Shown here one piece after another: positions 9,301 to 17,681 of a stretch of 25,803 bases of DNA. The stretch comes from an uncultured bacterium. Lineage in GTDB: Bacteria; Krumholzibacteriota; Krumholzibacteriia; Krumholzibacteriales; Krumholzibacteriaceae. The stretch covers positions 1 through 25,803 of the forward strand of contig CBDUYR010000040.1 of the NCBI GenBank assembly GCA_965371515.1. The letters run 5' to 3'. The notes under the pieces are model-generated. The model made no database searches. It was not told the origin of the DNA and saw nothing but the letters and a program-made list of their open reading frames with translations. Both the position numbers and the translations under genes were made by a program. Every line of letters begins with the position of its first letter. Within the stretch, counting starts at the first letter, position 1.

Positions 9301-10497
9301 AGAAACAACATCTTTTCGTACGGGAACAATAACGGTTTCCACGCCGCGGTGGATGTGAACATCACTTATCAGTACAACAACGCATACGGGAACACAGGTT
9401 CTGACGTAGTGACGATTGTCCCCGACGCGACGAATATCAGCAGCGATCCGGCGTACGCCGACACCACGGCGCTCGATTATCATCTCGCGCTTCATTCGGG
9501 GAGCGTCGACGCGGGCGACCCGGTCGGCAGCGACCCCGACGGCTCGAGGGCCGACCAGGGCGCGTTCGGCGGCCCTTCGGCGGTATTCGCCGCGCCTGAC
9601 TACGTGCAGAACCTCATCGCGGTGGTCACGAACGATACAACTATTACGATCTCATGGGACGGCCGCACGCCAGAAGGGCTCGACTACTATGCGATCTACT
9701 CCGATGCGGCGTCGGGATTCACGCCTTCCGGGTCGAACTTCATCGGTACGGTCGATGCCGCAACGAGCGTCTTCCAGCACCACCCCGTGGCCGGCTGCCA
9801 TTACTATCGCGTAAGCTATATCGACGGCGTCGGCTACATGAGCGGATACACGAACGAGGCGGGCGAATGCACCGCCGGGCTCGATCCCATCCCGCCGACG
9901 GTCGCGGTCACCTACCCGAACGGCGGCGAAGCGTTCGCGCCGGGCGATACGATCAATATCCAGTGGGTAGCCTACGACAACCGCGAGGTCGACTCGGTGA
10001 GCATCTACTACTCACAGAACGCCGGTGTGGATTTCAGCCTTCTTGCATCGAGCGAACCGAACGACTCGAGTTACACATGGATCGCACCTGACATCTCGAG
10101 TGACTCGTGCCTCGTACGGGTCGTCGCGTTCGATCCAGGCCTGCTGACGGGCGAGGATGCCAGCGACGCTATCTTCACGATCAAGACTGTATCGACCGAT
10201 GGGGAGCTGCCGGCGGTAACGTACGCCCTTTCGCAGAACTTCCCCAACCCGTTCAACCCGACGACGACGATCCACTACGACGTAAAGGCGGGCGGTGGAC
10301 AGGTGAGCCTGCGGGTCTTCGACGTCTCGGGCCGCCTCGTGCGCACACTCGTCGACGGTGACCAGACAGAAGGCGCAAGATCGATCGTCTGGAACGGCAC
10401 GAACGACCGGGGCCAGAGGGTGGCGAGCGGCATCTACTTCTACCGTATGACGGCTACCGGATTCACGGAGACGAAGAAGATGGTGCTTCTGCGGTAG
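6346..10497 (+). CDS. Secreted M6 (immune inhibitor A-like) metalloprotease with beta-helix, Ig/FN3-like domains and C-terminal FlgD-Ig/T9SS-like domain
   Basis: Hydrophobic signal peptide, QPGG...GDEY propeptide, GSVKDYY, IHAGGGEE, IWSH, zinc motif CHETGHFLGLPDLY (His codon 7363), CLMAGGSW, EYFLVENRQ, GGGIY repeats, C-terminus QNFPNPFNP...GIYFYRM...KKMVLLR. AAGGAG SD favours ATG 6346 over GTG 6316. Confidence 0.92.
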   Translation: MRPENTHSRNLAQSKVRARVIDRKTGLIILAGALMLLAAAILVLSPGTAWGVSASPEPIIVSQPGGSTITLYLKGDEYFHWNEDATGFPVVRSADGRSWVYAIEQLGQLVPSSVMAGSVNPLLAGLPKPDIQHLRSEALKTSRPMLESQADIQRAPMASTMYNLVLLVDFTDLTVTKTTQEFDDLFNQVGYSADGATGSVKDYYDETSYSQLDVVSTVVEPVTISQGYAYYGRNSGGFDIRPREMVAEALAALEARGFDFSSVDGDGDGWIDGLTVIHAGGGEEYSGNDPDYIWSHQWALISTVVYDGTSIRPYHTEPARRGWDSTPSSWGITRIGVICHETGHFLGLPDLYDYGYDSRGVGYFCLMAGGSWGNGGATPVHFSAWCKTDLGWVTPTDITLGGPYMISQVETNQEIYKLQGPFASTEYFLVENRQGVGFDVSLPGTERGIVIYHVDETQSTNNDQTHYLVDVEEASGTQHLELNLNSGEDSDYYRSTNVTEFTGLTTPDNLSYGGTPLGLDIRMVSESGSMMSFVVNGMTISITAPTPAEVVDVDDVYRVEWTVSGDTPDSVSIVLSIDGGTTWPDTVATGIAVLNYYDWTVPNLPVPTARLKVVAYIADAVAGFDEMDGDFTIQGAPYRYVSTAGGNIYPYSLPAWAAHTIEDAVGAAVAGDSIMVAADIYLEKVSVDRDVYLMGGWDSGFTSRDPQTNVTTIQAIGSTVSFISIGSGSPGIEGFTITGGTGTSALMPLNGIYGGGVFVYGSPAIIKDNVITSNGYTSTTGFSGGGGIACYDGTVTIDGNEISDCIAQSGGGIYLYQVTATITGNTISGASPNALYGGEKKGGGIYALHSNVTMSGNVISGNTGYAEGGGIYVNLTPLAASGDSIYNNDVTNRGGGIYALHSALSMTHGYIQGNTASSFGGGIYHKAAQLDIANSIVAQNGAGSIGGGVYADSTWGDWTNNTFDRNTASIAGGNTLLSAAAPLDVRNNIFSYGNNNGFHAAVDVNITYQYNNAYGNTGSDVVTIVPDATNISSDPAYADTTALDYHLALHSGSVDAGDPVGSDPDGSRADQGAFGGPSAVFAAPDYVQNLIAVVTNDTTITISWDGRTPEGLDYYAIYSDAASGFTPSGSNFIGTVDAATSVFQHHPVAGCHYYRVSYIDGVGYMSGYTNEAGECTAGLDPIPPTVAVTYPNGGEAFAPGDTINIQWVAYDNREVDSVSIYYSQNAGVDFSLLASSEPNDSSYTWIAPDISSDSCLVRVVAFDPGLLTGEDASDAIFTIKTVSTDGELPAVTYALSQNFPNPFNPTTTIHYDVKAGGGQVSLRVFDVSGRLVRTLVDGDQTEGARSIVWNGTNDRGQRVASGIYFYRMTATGFTETKKMVLLR
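8869..9051 (+). repeat. Intragenic 27-nt direct repeat encoding GGGIYALHS
   Basis: ggcggcggtatctacgcgctgcattcg (8869-8895) and ggcggcggtatctacgcgttgcactcg (9025-9051), 2 mismatches; part of the beta-helix GGG(I/V)Y coils. Confidence 0.75.
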
Positions 10498-10526
10498 GCG
10501 CTTAAAGACTGCATAGACAGCCAATC

Positions 10527-10560
10527 AAGGGCATATCCGGATTTCGGGTATGCCCTTTCT
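10527..10560 (+). terminator. Rho-independent terminator after the M6 gene
   Basis: aagggcatatccg-gattt-cgggtatgccctt stem-loop followed by T-rich bases. Confidence 0.8.
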
Positions 10561-10642
10561 CTATTGCGGCCCCGTCTTTATTGAAAACCACTGGTGCCCC
10601 GGCTATCGTTGATAGAAATAATCAAAAATCTTATCATTTTCT

Positions 10643-10651
10643 TGATATAAT
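10643..10651 (+). promoter_or_regulatory. Extended -10 promoter candidate
   Basis: TGaTATAAT within an AT-rich intergenic region, about 87 nt before GTG 10738. Confidence 0.45.
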
Positions 10652-10737
10652 GTAAGAAGCATCCAAACAAAATATAGAGATGTCGAGTTGATAATGACTG
10701 CATCCTGGTTGGAGCGGAATCTCGAGAGGAGAGACCG

Positions 10738-13700
10738 GTGAGGTATCTTTCAATCATTCTGCTATTTTCTATCATACTCTTTATAAGTTGCGGTTCCGTC
10801 CGGGCGGAAGTCTACCTGAACAAGCAGTGGAATGAGGATCTCAAGGAATGGGAAACCGTCTCCCTTGTCCTGAGAGGAACGGGGCTATCCATCAATCGGG
10901 ACTACCAGAATGCATACGGGATATTCATGGAGCTGGACCCGGGCCCTCCGTTTATTATCGAGAGAGACATTGTGATATCAAACATACTGGACGAAGACGG
11001 ACGGGTCATCGATTGGGGATCTTTTTATGTCCGCACGGACGGTGCCGGCAGTTTACCCTTCGAGCTGATTTTTCTTCCTCCCACGTCGGAACCCCTGATG
11101 CTTCGGACTTACGGCCATCTCTACGTTACCGGCACGCCGAGTGACCGGGTGATCTTCAAGGGTGCCTATGGCATCAAGAGCAATGACTGGACCGACAGCG
11201 CGGGCTCTGACCGGGATTCTTATCATGTCGAATTTTCGTATTGCTCTTTCGACAGCGTGGGATGGTACGGGACTTGTGAGGCCTACCTTCTCAATTTCGG
11301 GGGGGGACACGTGTCTCTTGATAATTGTCGCTTCTCCGAGTTTGGTTACGATGCGGTTTCCCGGGTAGTCAACTATATCGATCCTTACTACCTGTACCGG
11401 ACACAGTTCTGGAGCTTCTCCATGACTGAATGTGTTTTTCGTGATCTCAATACCTGGGGGCGCTATACGGTTTATATGCAACATATTGATAGAGTCAAAG
11501 TCGTAGGGAATCATTTTGAGGATGTCGAGTTCTTTCCCTTTCCTCCTCAATCTGCCCTGGTTGAAGCCAACAACTGTATTCTGAGGGACCTGAGAGGGAA
11601 TACGGGGAGCGGCAATACGATTGATGTTATCAGAATGGATGGCGAGGTAAGGGATGGCAACTGCCAACTACAGTCTTCACCGGAGATTCCTTTTCTGGTG
11701 GGCCGCATTGATGTGGAGGCGGACAGGACGCTTTCGGTAGGCGAGGGATCGGTACTCAAGATGACCGATGTCTCAGAGAATCCTAATTTCAACGTATATG
11801 GCCGGATGACCGTCGAGGGGGCAGTATTGACCTCGTTCGAAGACGATGAATTCGGGGGCGATACCGATCTGGCGCCCGAACCGTCCTCGATCCAGACCTG
11901 GGGTTATAACAGCGGAATTGCCGTTTACACGAACGGATCATTATCCTTTTCGAACACTACGGTCAGGTATGCGCAGGGAGGTTTCGACTTACAAGGGGAC
12001 GCCATCATCGACGGCTGCCTTTTCCAGTTCAATAACGGGGGCATCAGTTGCATCGGTACCGGTTACAATATTTATGAGATAACCAATTCAACCTTTTTGA
12101 ACAACAGTGGCTCAGGAGTGGGTTTTACCAACCAGTATGGATTAGTCCAACAATTGATCATCGACAACATTGCATCGATCAATAACAGCCGGGGGATTTC
12201 GCTGAATTGCGGATATTCATTTCCCGCGGAAATTTCTATCTCCCGCAGTGTTTTTTCAGGGAATGAAAACCCGGGGATTTTAATCGACATCGGCACGGGG
12301 ATTACCGGTCTGACGATCGAGGATTGTATCATCTCGGGCAATGGGGAAAGTGGTATTCAAGCTGGAGATGGTGGAGGCAGCAACGCTCCCCTCCGTGTGG
12401 AAAGCTGTGTGCTGGCCGGAAACGGGTACTACGAACTTTCCTCATATCAACGGGGACATGGAGCTGAAATACTCTCCGGGGATCTTGAATTCGTTAACAA
12501 TACAGCGGCTTTTAATTACAAGATCGGTTTGTGGCAGGATATGGATGACGGAGCTCAAAGCAGGATCGCCAACAATATATTCTACAGCAATCTGGGAAAT
12601 GGATACTCCAAGGAAAATTATGAGATTCCCTGGTTCGGTTATAATGTATTCCGGGATAACGATGGAATATACGAGATGTATTTCCGAACCGGGACGGAGA
12701 CTTTCCGGACGGTCGAGGACCTGCAGACCCTGGGCGGGATATACGCTACTAATCGGGATGTTGATCCTTCCTTCGCGGCTGAGATCACGGGAATCGTAGA
12801 CAGTGTCGGTTACGAGGAAAAACGGAACTGCTCTGTTATCTATCATTCCGGTCTGGATCCGGTGGATACCAAGCTCGAACATCTGATCGTCAAACCCGAC
12901 AAGAATGAGGAACGGTGGTTCTTTATCGAAAGAGCTCTGGATGACACACTTTTTGTTTGTGGTGATATAACCGCCCTGGCCGAGGCGGGTGATACCTTCA
13001 GGATCTTCGATCATCATCTCGACTGGTCGTCCACACTGGTGGATGCCGGAAACACTCCTTCGGTTCAGGCAATCCTGGATATTGATGGAGATCTCCGGCT
13101 TATCGATGGTGACGGCAGCACATTGGCCGATGTGGATATAGGGGCGGATGAATTCAATCCCGATTCGTTTACTATTATTGTGTTGTCCCCTGAGGATGAT
13201 GATTTATGGATGCCGGGGGAAAAATATAATATCGAATGGTCGTCGGCGGGTATCGATTCGCTCTTTATCAGCTATGCCGTGCACTATGACCCCGATGATG
13301 TGGAATATCATGAGGTGGTATCCAGCGTGCCGGCCAGCGAGGGACGGTACCAATGGACCGTGCCCGATGAAGTGTCGGCTAAATGCCGGATCCTCCTCGA
13401 GGACACGGAAAATCCGAACCGGAAAACGGAAAGCGGGCTGTTCAGAATAAAAGGGTATCAGCTGACCCGGTTTGATCTCGACCTGGAGTATGTTCCTTTT
13501 CTGCCCGACAGGGGCGGGTGGAATTTCCAGAACAGCGCGGATAATATGTGGCCTGAGAGCTGGTGGAGTGGATTTGACTATGAAAACGGTATCGATCCGA
13601 ATACAGGCCGGGCCTATCCGTCCTATTTCACCTCTTCGGGATTACTCAACGCTCAGTCGGAGGATTTTCCTGACTGGCTCCTGTACGCCGACGTGTTCGG

Positions 13701-15603
13701 CCTGGATTGGTGCTACATCAACACTCCAGCTGGGCTTGACTACCGGCCATCGGCTGTACAGAAGTGGGCTTCGATAAAAGAGAAATGGGGAGGCAGCTGT
13801 TTTGGATTCGCTCTATCCAGCCTGATGGCTTTTGACGATAAAATCACCTTCCTGGTATCTTACCCCGAGGTTGACGCCTTCGATGCCCTGTACTCGTTAT
13901 CGCTCGATGATGACCATCGAAAGACTGTAAATGGGATCTCTTTACATCAGTATGGATCGGATTTTTGGGGGAGGGTCGATTCCAATCTCACCAAAACTCC
14001 TGTTGAGACCCTGGCAGAGATCAAAGACATGTTCCTGGATGAAACGAGGGATGACAGGTGGTTGTTCATCGGGAACAATAATGGAAGCGGCGCCCACGCG
14101 ATTGTTCCCTGGAAAATTGAGACAAGCATGACTATTCCGGAATTCGATAGCATTTTTGTCTACGATTCTAATTATCCGGGAGATCTGTCCGCCAAAGTCG
14201 TAGTAAACACCGAGACCAATAGATGGGATTACGCGAATATGACAGGGTGGGGTGGAGATTCCCTGCTCTTTCTCATGGACCGGGCGAGTAATTACTTCAG
14301 CAGGCCTGTTGCGACAACTGGTTACCGGGGGCCGATTGCCGGATCCGGGTTCATTGAACTTTTTAATACAGCTGGAGTTTCCATAGATATAGCCGATGGG
14401 ATCGGGCATTCAGTCGGGTTTTCCGACAGCAGCATTTATAATTCGGTGCCTGGCGCGTTCCCGATCGTGCCGGTTACCGGTTTCTATCATCCCCCGATTG
14501 CATATCTTCTGCCTGAGAACGCGTACACCGTGACCTTGTCGGAGTTTCCCGATTCCGATGTATTGCTGTCTCTTTTTACCGATTCACTTATCTTCTCCTG
14601 CGCTCGAAATGACGCTGTTTCAGCGCAAACCGACCGGGTGAGTTGCTCGGGAGTTTTCACTATTGTTAATCCCGACGCGGTAATAAAAATCGTTAACAGC
14701 GAGCTTTGCGAAGAGGTTGGCGACGGAGAAAGAGTGTTCAGCCTGCTGCAGTTCAGCCTCGGTCAGAACGATTCAGTATCGATCGAACCTCCAGCGGACG
14801 GCAGCTTGAAATTTGTCAATCATGGAACGTCCAGTTATTACAAGCTGGGACTCCGGATTACTACCGGCAGTGATAATGGAATATTCGAACATGCCGACCT
14901 GGTTCTACCGGCAGGTTCATCTCATACGATCGTACCTGCCTGGAATAATCTGGAATCGATACCGGTTAAAATACTGATCGACAGCGGTAACGACGGAAGC
15001 ATCGATGATTCACTATTTGTAGACAATCAGTATGTGGCTACCCTGCTCCAGTTCTTCGATGTGGGCCACCGGGGAGAGTTTATTGAAATTGAATGGCGGT
15101 TGAGTCAACTGGATGAAGATGCGGAATTTTTCGTTTCCAGGGCACAGGATGGTGAAGAAGCATTCACTCCGATGCCCGAGTTGGAGATACAGGTCCGGGG
15201 AATGTATTTTCGGGTTATCGATGCTGGAATAGAGCCTGACCGGGATTACCAGTACCAGATCTGGTATGAGATTGAAGGTCAGAGAAAAATTCTTTTTGAG
15301 ACCGAAGTGATAAGAACACCGGTATTATCTCTGACCTTGTTCCAGAACTATCCGAATCCTTTTAATCCCGCGACTTCCATCAGGTATTTTCTGCCGGAAA
15401 AATCAGCAGTCAGGATCGATATCTTTGATGTCTCCGGTAGAAGGATCTGCCGGCTTGTCAACGGGATTCAAGGCCGGGGTTATCATGTGGCTGTGTGGAA
15501 CGGCCGGAATCATAATGGGCAGCAGGTCGGATCAGGTGTTTATTTTTACCGGCTCAAGTCGGGCAAACAGGTCCTGACCAGGAAGATGGTAATTTTGCGA
15601 TAA
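10738..15603 (+). CDS. Large secreted right-handed beta-helix protein with putative Cys-His-Asp domain and C-terminal FlgD-Ig/T9SS-like domain
   Basis: Signal peptide MRYLSIILLFSIILFISCGSVRA, beta-helix repeats (FSGN, ISGNG, FYSN), choice-of-anchor-Q-like VDAGN...DIDG...DIGADEF, Ig-like domain, GGSCFG/GAHAI/VYDSN motifs, C-terminus QNYPNPFNP...GVYFYRL...RKMVILR. GAGGAG SD. Confidence 0.88.
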   Translation: MRYLSIILLFSIILFISCGSVRAEVYLNKQWNEDLKEWETVSLVLRGTGLSINRDYQNAYGIFMELDPGPPFIIERDIVISNILDEDGRVIDWGSFYVRTDGAGSLPFELIFLPPTSEPLMLRTYGHLYVTGTPSDRVIFKGAYGIKSNDWTDSAGSDRDSYHVEFSYCSFDSVGWYGTCEAYLLNFGGGHVSLDNCRFSEFGYDAVSRVVNYIDPYYLYRTQFWSFSMTECVFRDLNTWGRYTVYMQHIDRVKVVGNHFEDVEFFPFPPQSALVEANNCILRDLRGNTGSGNTIDVIRMDGEVRDGNCQLQSSPEIPFLVGRIDVEADRTLSVGEGSVLKMTDVSENPNFNVYGRMTVEGAVLTSFEDDEFGGDTDLAPEPSSIQTWGYNSGIAVYTNGSLSFSNTTVRYAQGGFDLQGDAIIDGCLFQFNNGGISCIGTGYNIYEITNSTFLNNSGSGVGFTNQYGLVQQLIIDNIASINNSRGISLNCGYSFPAEISISRSVFSGNENPGILIDIGTGITGLTIEDCIISGNGESGIQAGDGGGSNAPLRVESCVLAGNGYYELSSYQRGHGAEILSGDLEFVNNTAAFNYKIGLWQDMDDGAQSRIANNIFYSNLGNGYSKENYEIPWFGYNVFRDNDGIYEMYFRTGTETFRTVEDLQTLGGIYATNRDVDPSFAAEITGIVDSVGYEEKRNCSVIYHSGLDPVDTKLEHLIVKPDKNEERWFFIERALDDTLFVCGDITALAEAGDTFRIFDHHLDWSSTLVDAGNTPSVQAILDIDGDLRLIDGDGSTLADVDIGADEFNPDSFTIIVLSPEDDDLWMPGEKYNIEWSSAGIDSLFISYAVHYDPDDVEYHEVVSSVPASEGRYQWTVPDEVSAKCRILLEDTENPNRKTESGLFRIKGYQLTRFDLDLEYVPFLPDRGGWNFQNSADNMWPESWWSGFDYENGIDPNTGRAYPSYFTSSGLLNAQSEDFPDWLLYADVFGLDWCYINTPAGLDYRPSAVQKWASIKEKWGGSCFGFALSSLMAFDDKITFLVSYPEVDAFDALYSLSLDDDHRKTVNGISLHQYGSDFWGRVDSNLTKTPVETLAEIKDMFLDETRDDRWLFIGNNNGSGAHAIVPWKIETSMTIPEFDSIFVYDSNYPGDLSAKVVVNTETNRWDYANMTGWGGDSLLFLMDRASNYFSRPVATTGYRGPIAGSGFIELFNTAGVSIDIADGIGHSVGFSDSSIYNSVPGAFPIVPVTGFYHPPIAYLLPENAYTVTLSEFPDSDVLLSLFTDSLIFSCARNDAVSAQTDRVSCSGVFTIVNPDAVIKIVNSELCEEVGDGERVFSLLQFSLGQNDSVSIEPPADGSLKFVNHGTSSYYKLGLRITTGSDNGIFEHADLVLPAGSSHTIVPAWNNLESIPVKILIDSGNDGSIDDSLFVDNQYVATLLQFFDVGHRGEFIEIEWRLSQLDEDAEFFVSRAQDGEEAFTPMPELEIQVRGMYFRVIDAGIEPDRDYQYQIWYEIEGQRKILFETEVIRTPVLSLTLFQNYPNPFNPATSIRYFLPEKSAVRIDIFDVSGRRICRLVNGIQGRGYHVAVWNGRNHNGQQVGSGVYFYRLKSGKQVLTRKMVILR

Positions 15604-15637
15604 CACGTGTCTTTTTTGAGTAAATAGATTTAGAGGT

Positions 15638-15677
15638 AACCCGGTTGTAGAGAGACCCGACAGCCGGGTTTTTCTTT
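15638..15677 (+). terminator. Rho-independent terminator
   Basis: aacccggttgt (15638-15648) pairs with acagccgggtt (15660-15670), followed by tttcttt. Confidence 0.75.
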
Positions 15678-15707
15678 GCCGCCCAATCTGCTATCATGCT
15701 GGACGAT

Positions 15708-16847
15708 ATGTTTGCCTATCAGAAAACGAACCGGTATTTCGCGCAGATCTCCGACGGGCTGGAGGCCGTGGGCGTCAGGGAGCTCACAGAGCTCGGTGCG
15801 ACGGACGTCAAGCCGTCGTACCGGGGGATATACTTCTCTGCCGATTCGGGCCTGATGTACAGGGTCAACTACATGACCCGCCTATCCACGAGGGTGCTTG
15901 CCCCGTTGCTTACATTCGACTGCCACAGTGACAAGTATCTCTACAGAACCGCATATGCGATGCCGTGGAGTGAGCTGCTCTCGGTCAGGCAGACCTTCGC
16001 GATAGACGCGAACGTGACCGGCAGCCATATCAAGCATTCGCAGTACGCTGCGCAGAAGCTGAAGGATGCTATCGTGGACCAGTTCCGCGATGCCTGCGGG
16101 GAGAGGCCCGATGTCGATCCCCGGGACCCCGATATCTGGTTCAACCTCTTTATCCGCAACAACAAGGCAACGATCAGCTTCGATACTTCGGGGGGATCGC
16201 TGCACCGGCGGGGGTACCGGGTCGCCTCTGTAGAGGCGCCGATGCAGGAGACGGTTGCCGCCGCGATCATCAGGTACACCGGCTGGGACGGCGAGCGTCC
16301 GCTTTACGATCCGATGTGCGGTTCGGGAACACTGCTGGCCGAGGCCGCGATGCATTACTGCAGGATCCCGGCGGGATATCTCCGCAAGAATTTCGGGTTC
16401 ATGAGACTGCCCGACTATAAAAAGGCGCTCTGGAAGAAGGTCAGAGAGGAATGCATCGGGCAGATCCGGCCATTGCCGCCGGGGCTGGTATCGGGGAGCG
16501 ACAAGTCACATACCGACGTGGAAGTCGCGATCCGGAACTGTCACGAGCTGCCCGGTGGAGAGAATATCTCTTTCAGCGTGCTCCCCTTTCAGAAGATAGA
16601 CTCGCTCGACGACACGATTATCGTCTGCAATCCCCCATACGGGGTGCGCCTCAAGGATGCAGGGGATCCGGGCAGGCTTCTAGGCGAGTTCAGCGAGTTC
16701 CTGAAGGAACGCTGTAGGGGGGCTGTCGCCTACATCTATCTCGGGAAAGAGAAGCAGCTCAAGACCATCCCGCTCAGACTGTCCTGGAAGAAGCCGATCA
16801 AGAGCGGCGGGCTGCACGGATACCTCACGAAGTACAAGATCCGCTGA
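15708..16847 (+). CDS. rlmL: THUMP-domain class I SAM-dependent rRNA methyltransferase (stand-alone RlmL/YpsC type)
   Basis: GLEAV..REL, KLKDAIVDQFR, SLHRRGYR, APMQETVAAA, DPMCGSGT and NPPYG motifs. Start is ATG 15708 or 15696. Exact target nucleotide not verifiable. Confidence 0.88.
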   Translation: MFAYQKTNRYFAQISDGLEAVGVRELTELGATDVKPSYRGIYFSADSGLMYRVNYMTRLSTRVLAPLLTFDCHSDKYLYRTAYAMPWSELLSVRQTFAIDANVTGSHIKHSQYAAQKLKDAIVDQFRDACGERPDVDPRDPDIWFNLFIRNNKATISFDTSGGSLHRRGYRVASVEAPMQETVAAAIIRYTGWDGERPLYDPMCGSGTLLAEAAMHYCRIPAGYLRKNFGFMRLPDYKKALWKKVREECIGQIRPLPPGLVSGSDKSHTDVEVAIRNCHELPGGENISFSVLPFQKIDSLDDTIIVCNPPYGVRLKDAGDPGRLLGEFSEFLKERCRGAVAYIYLGKEKQLKTIPLRLSWKKPIKSGGLHGYLTKYKIR

Positions 16848-16914
16848 AAGAACGATTCCCGAGTAATAATCCCCGCTTAATATCACCATTTCCGGAGAAA
16901 AAGGGTTTTTCAGC

Positions 16915-16943
16915 TTGCATTACGAGTATATGTGCATTATCAT
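16915..16943 (+). promoter_or_regulatory. sigma70 promoter of the redox operon with an imperfect palindrome in the spacer
   Basis: TTGCAT (16915-16920), 17 nt spacer, TATCAT (16938-16943). TTACGAGTATATGTGCATTA (16920-16939) is a weak dyad centred on ATAT. Confidence 0.55.
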
Positions 16944-16974
16944 TTCCGGAGTAATTAAAATCAGGGAGATACGG

Positions 16975-17436
16975 ATGTCTCGTCCGAAAAAGAATAAAAT
17001 GGTCAACAGCCCTCCTATCTACAGCTGTTTCAAGCCTGTGGGGGTGACGAGAAGTTCGCTTCAGGACATCAACCTCGAAATAGGCGAGTATGAGGCTATA
17101 AGACTCACTGATTACGAGGGGTTGGATCATTCTGAGGCTGCTGTCGAGATGGAGATCTCCAGGTCGACATTCTCACGATTGATTGAAAAGGCGCGGAAAA
17201 AGGTTGCCAGTTTTCTGATAGAGGGCAAGATGCTCCAGATAGAAGGCGGCAAAGTCCATTTTCGGGACAATGTACTGAAATGCCACAGTTGTGGGCATAT
17301 ATTCAATATAAATATCGGCGCCCGGTTCACGAGATGCCCCACATGCGATTCGAGCGAATTACTGAACCTGGCCGGCAGCTTCGGTCACGGCCGGTGCTGT
17401 GCTGAGGGCGATCCAAAGGAGAAACATCATGAATAA
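16975..17436 (+). CDS. DUF134 (UPF0251) putative DNA-binding regulator with C-terminal zinc ribbon
   Basis: MSRPKK...FKPVG, EYEAIRLTDYEGL...AAVEMEISRSTFSRLIEKARKKVA...IEGG, then CxxC...CPxC and terminal CC. GGGAG SD before ATG 16975. Confidence 0.92.
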   Translation: MSRPKKNKMVNSPPIYSCFKPVGVTRSSLQDINLEIGEYEAIRLTDYEGLDHSEAAVEMEISRSTFSRLIEKARKKVASFLIEGKMLQIEGGKVHFRDNVLKCHSCGHIFNINIGARFTRCPTCDSSELLNLAGSFGHGRCCAEGDPKEKHHE

Positions 17437-17653
17437 CGGAGGAAATCGGAGAGGTGACGGTTCTGGAAGCGGAAGGGGTTCGGGCGGCGAGAGACTCGGG
17501 CGAAACAAGGGCGGTGGATTCGGACCGGGCGGGTTCTGCGTATGTGCCGGATGCGGTGAGAAGGTCCCTCACAAGCAGGGCGTTAAATGTACTACGCTGA
17601 AATGCCCGAAATGCGGGAAGCCGATGGTCAGGGAAGAACTGCTGAATCAGTAA
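17429..17653 (+). CDS. Small Gly-rich, Cys-rich metal-binding protein
   Basis: GPGGFCVCAGCGEKVPHKQGVKCTTLKCPKCGKPM (6 Cys + His). AAGGAG SD; start overlaps the end of DUF134. Confidence 0.85.
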   Translation: MNNGGNRRGDGSGSGRGSGGERLGRNKGGGFGPGGFCVCAGCGEKVPHKQGVKCTTLKCPKCGKPMVREELLNQ

Positions 17654-17681
17654 GATCGATGAAATAAAACATACGGGGTCA

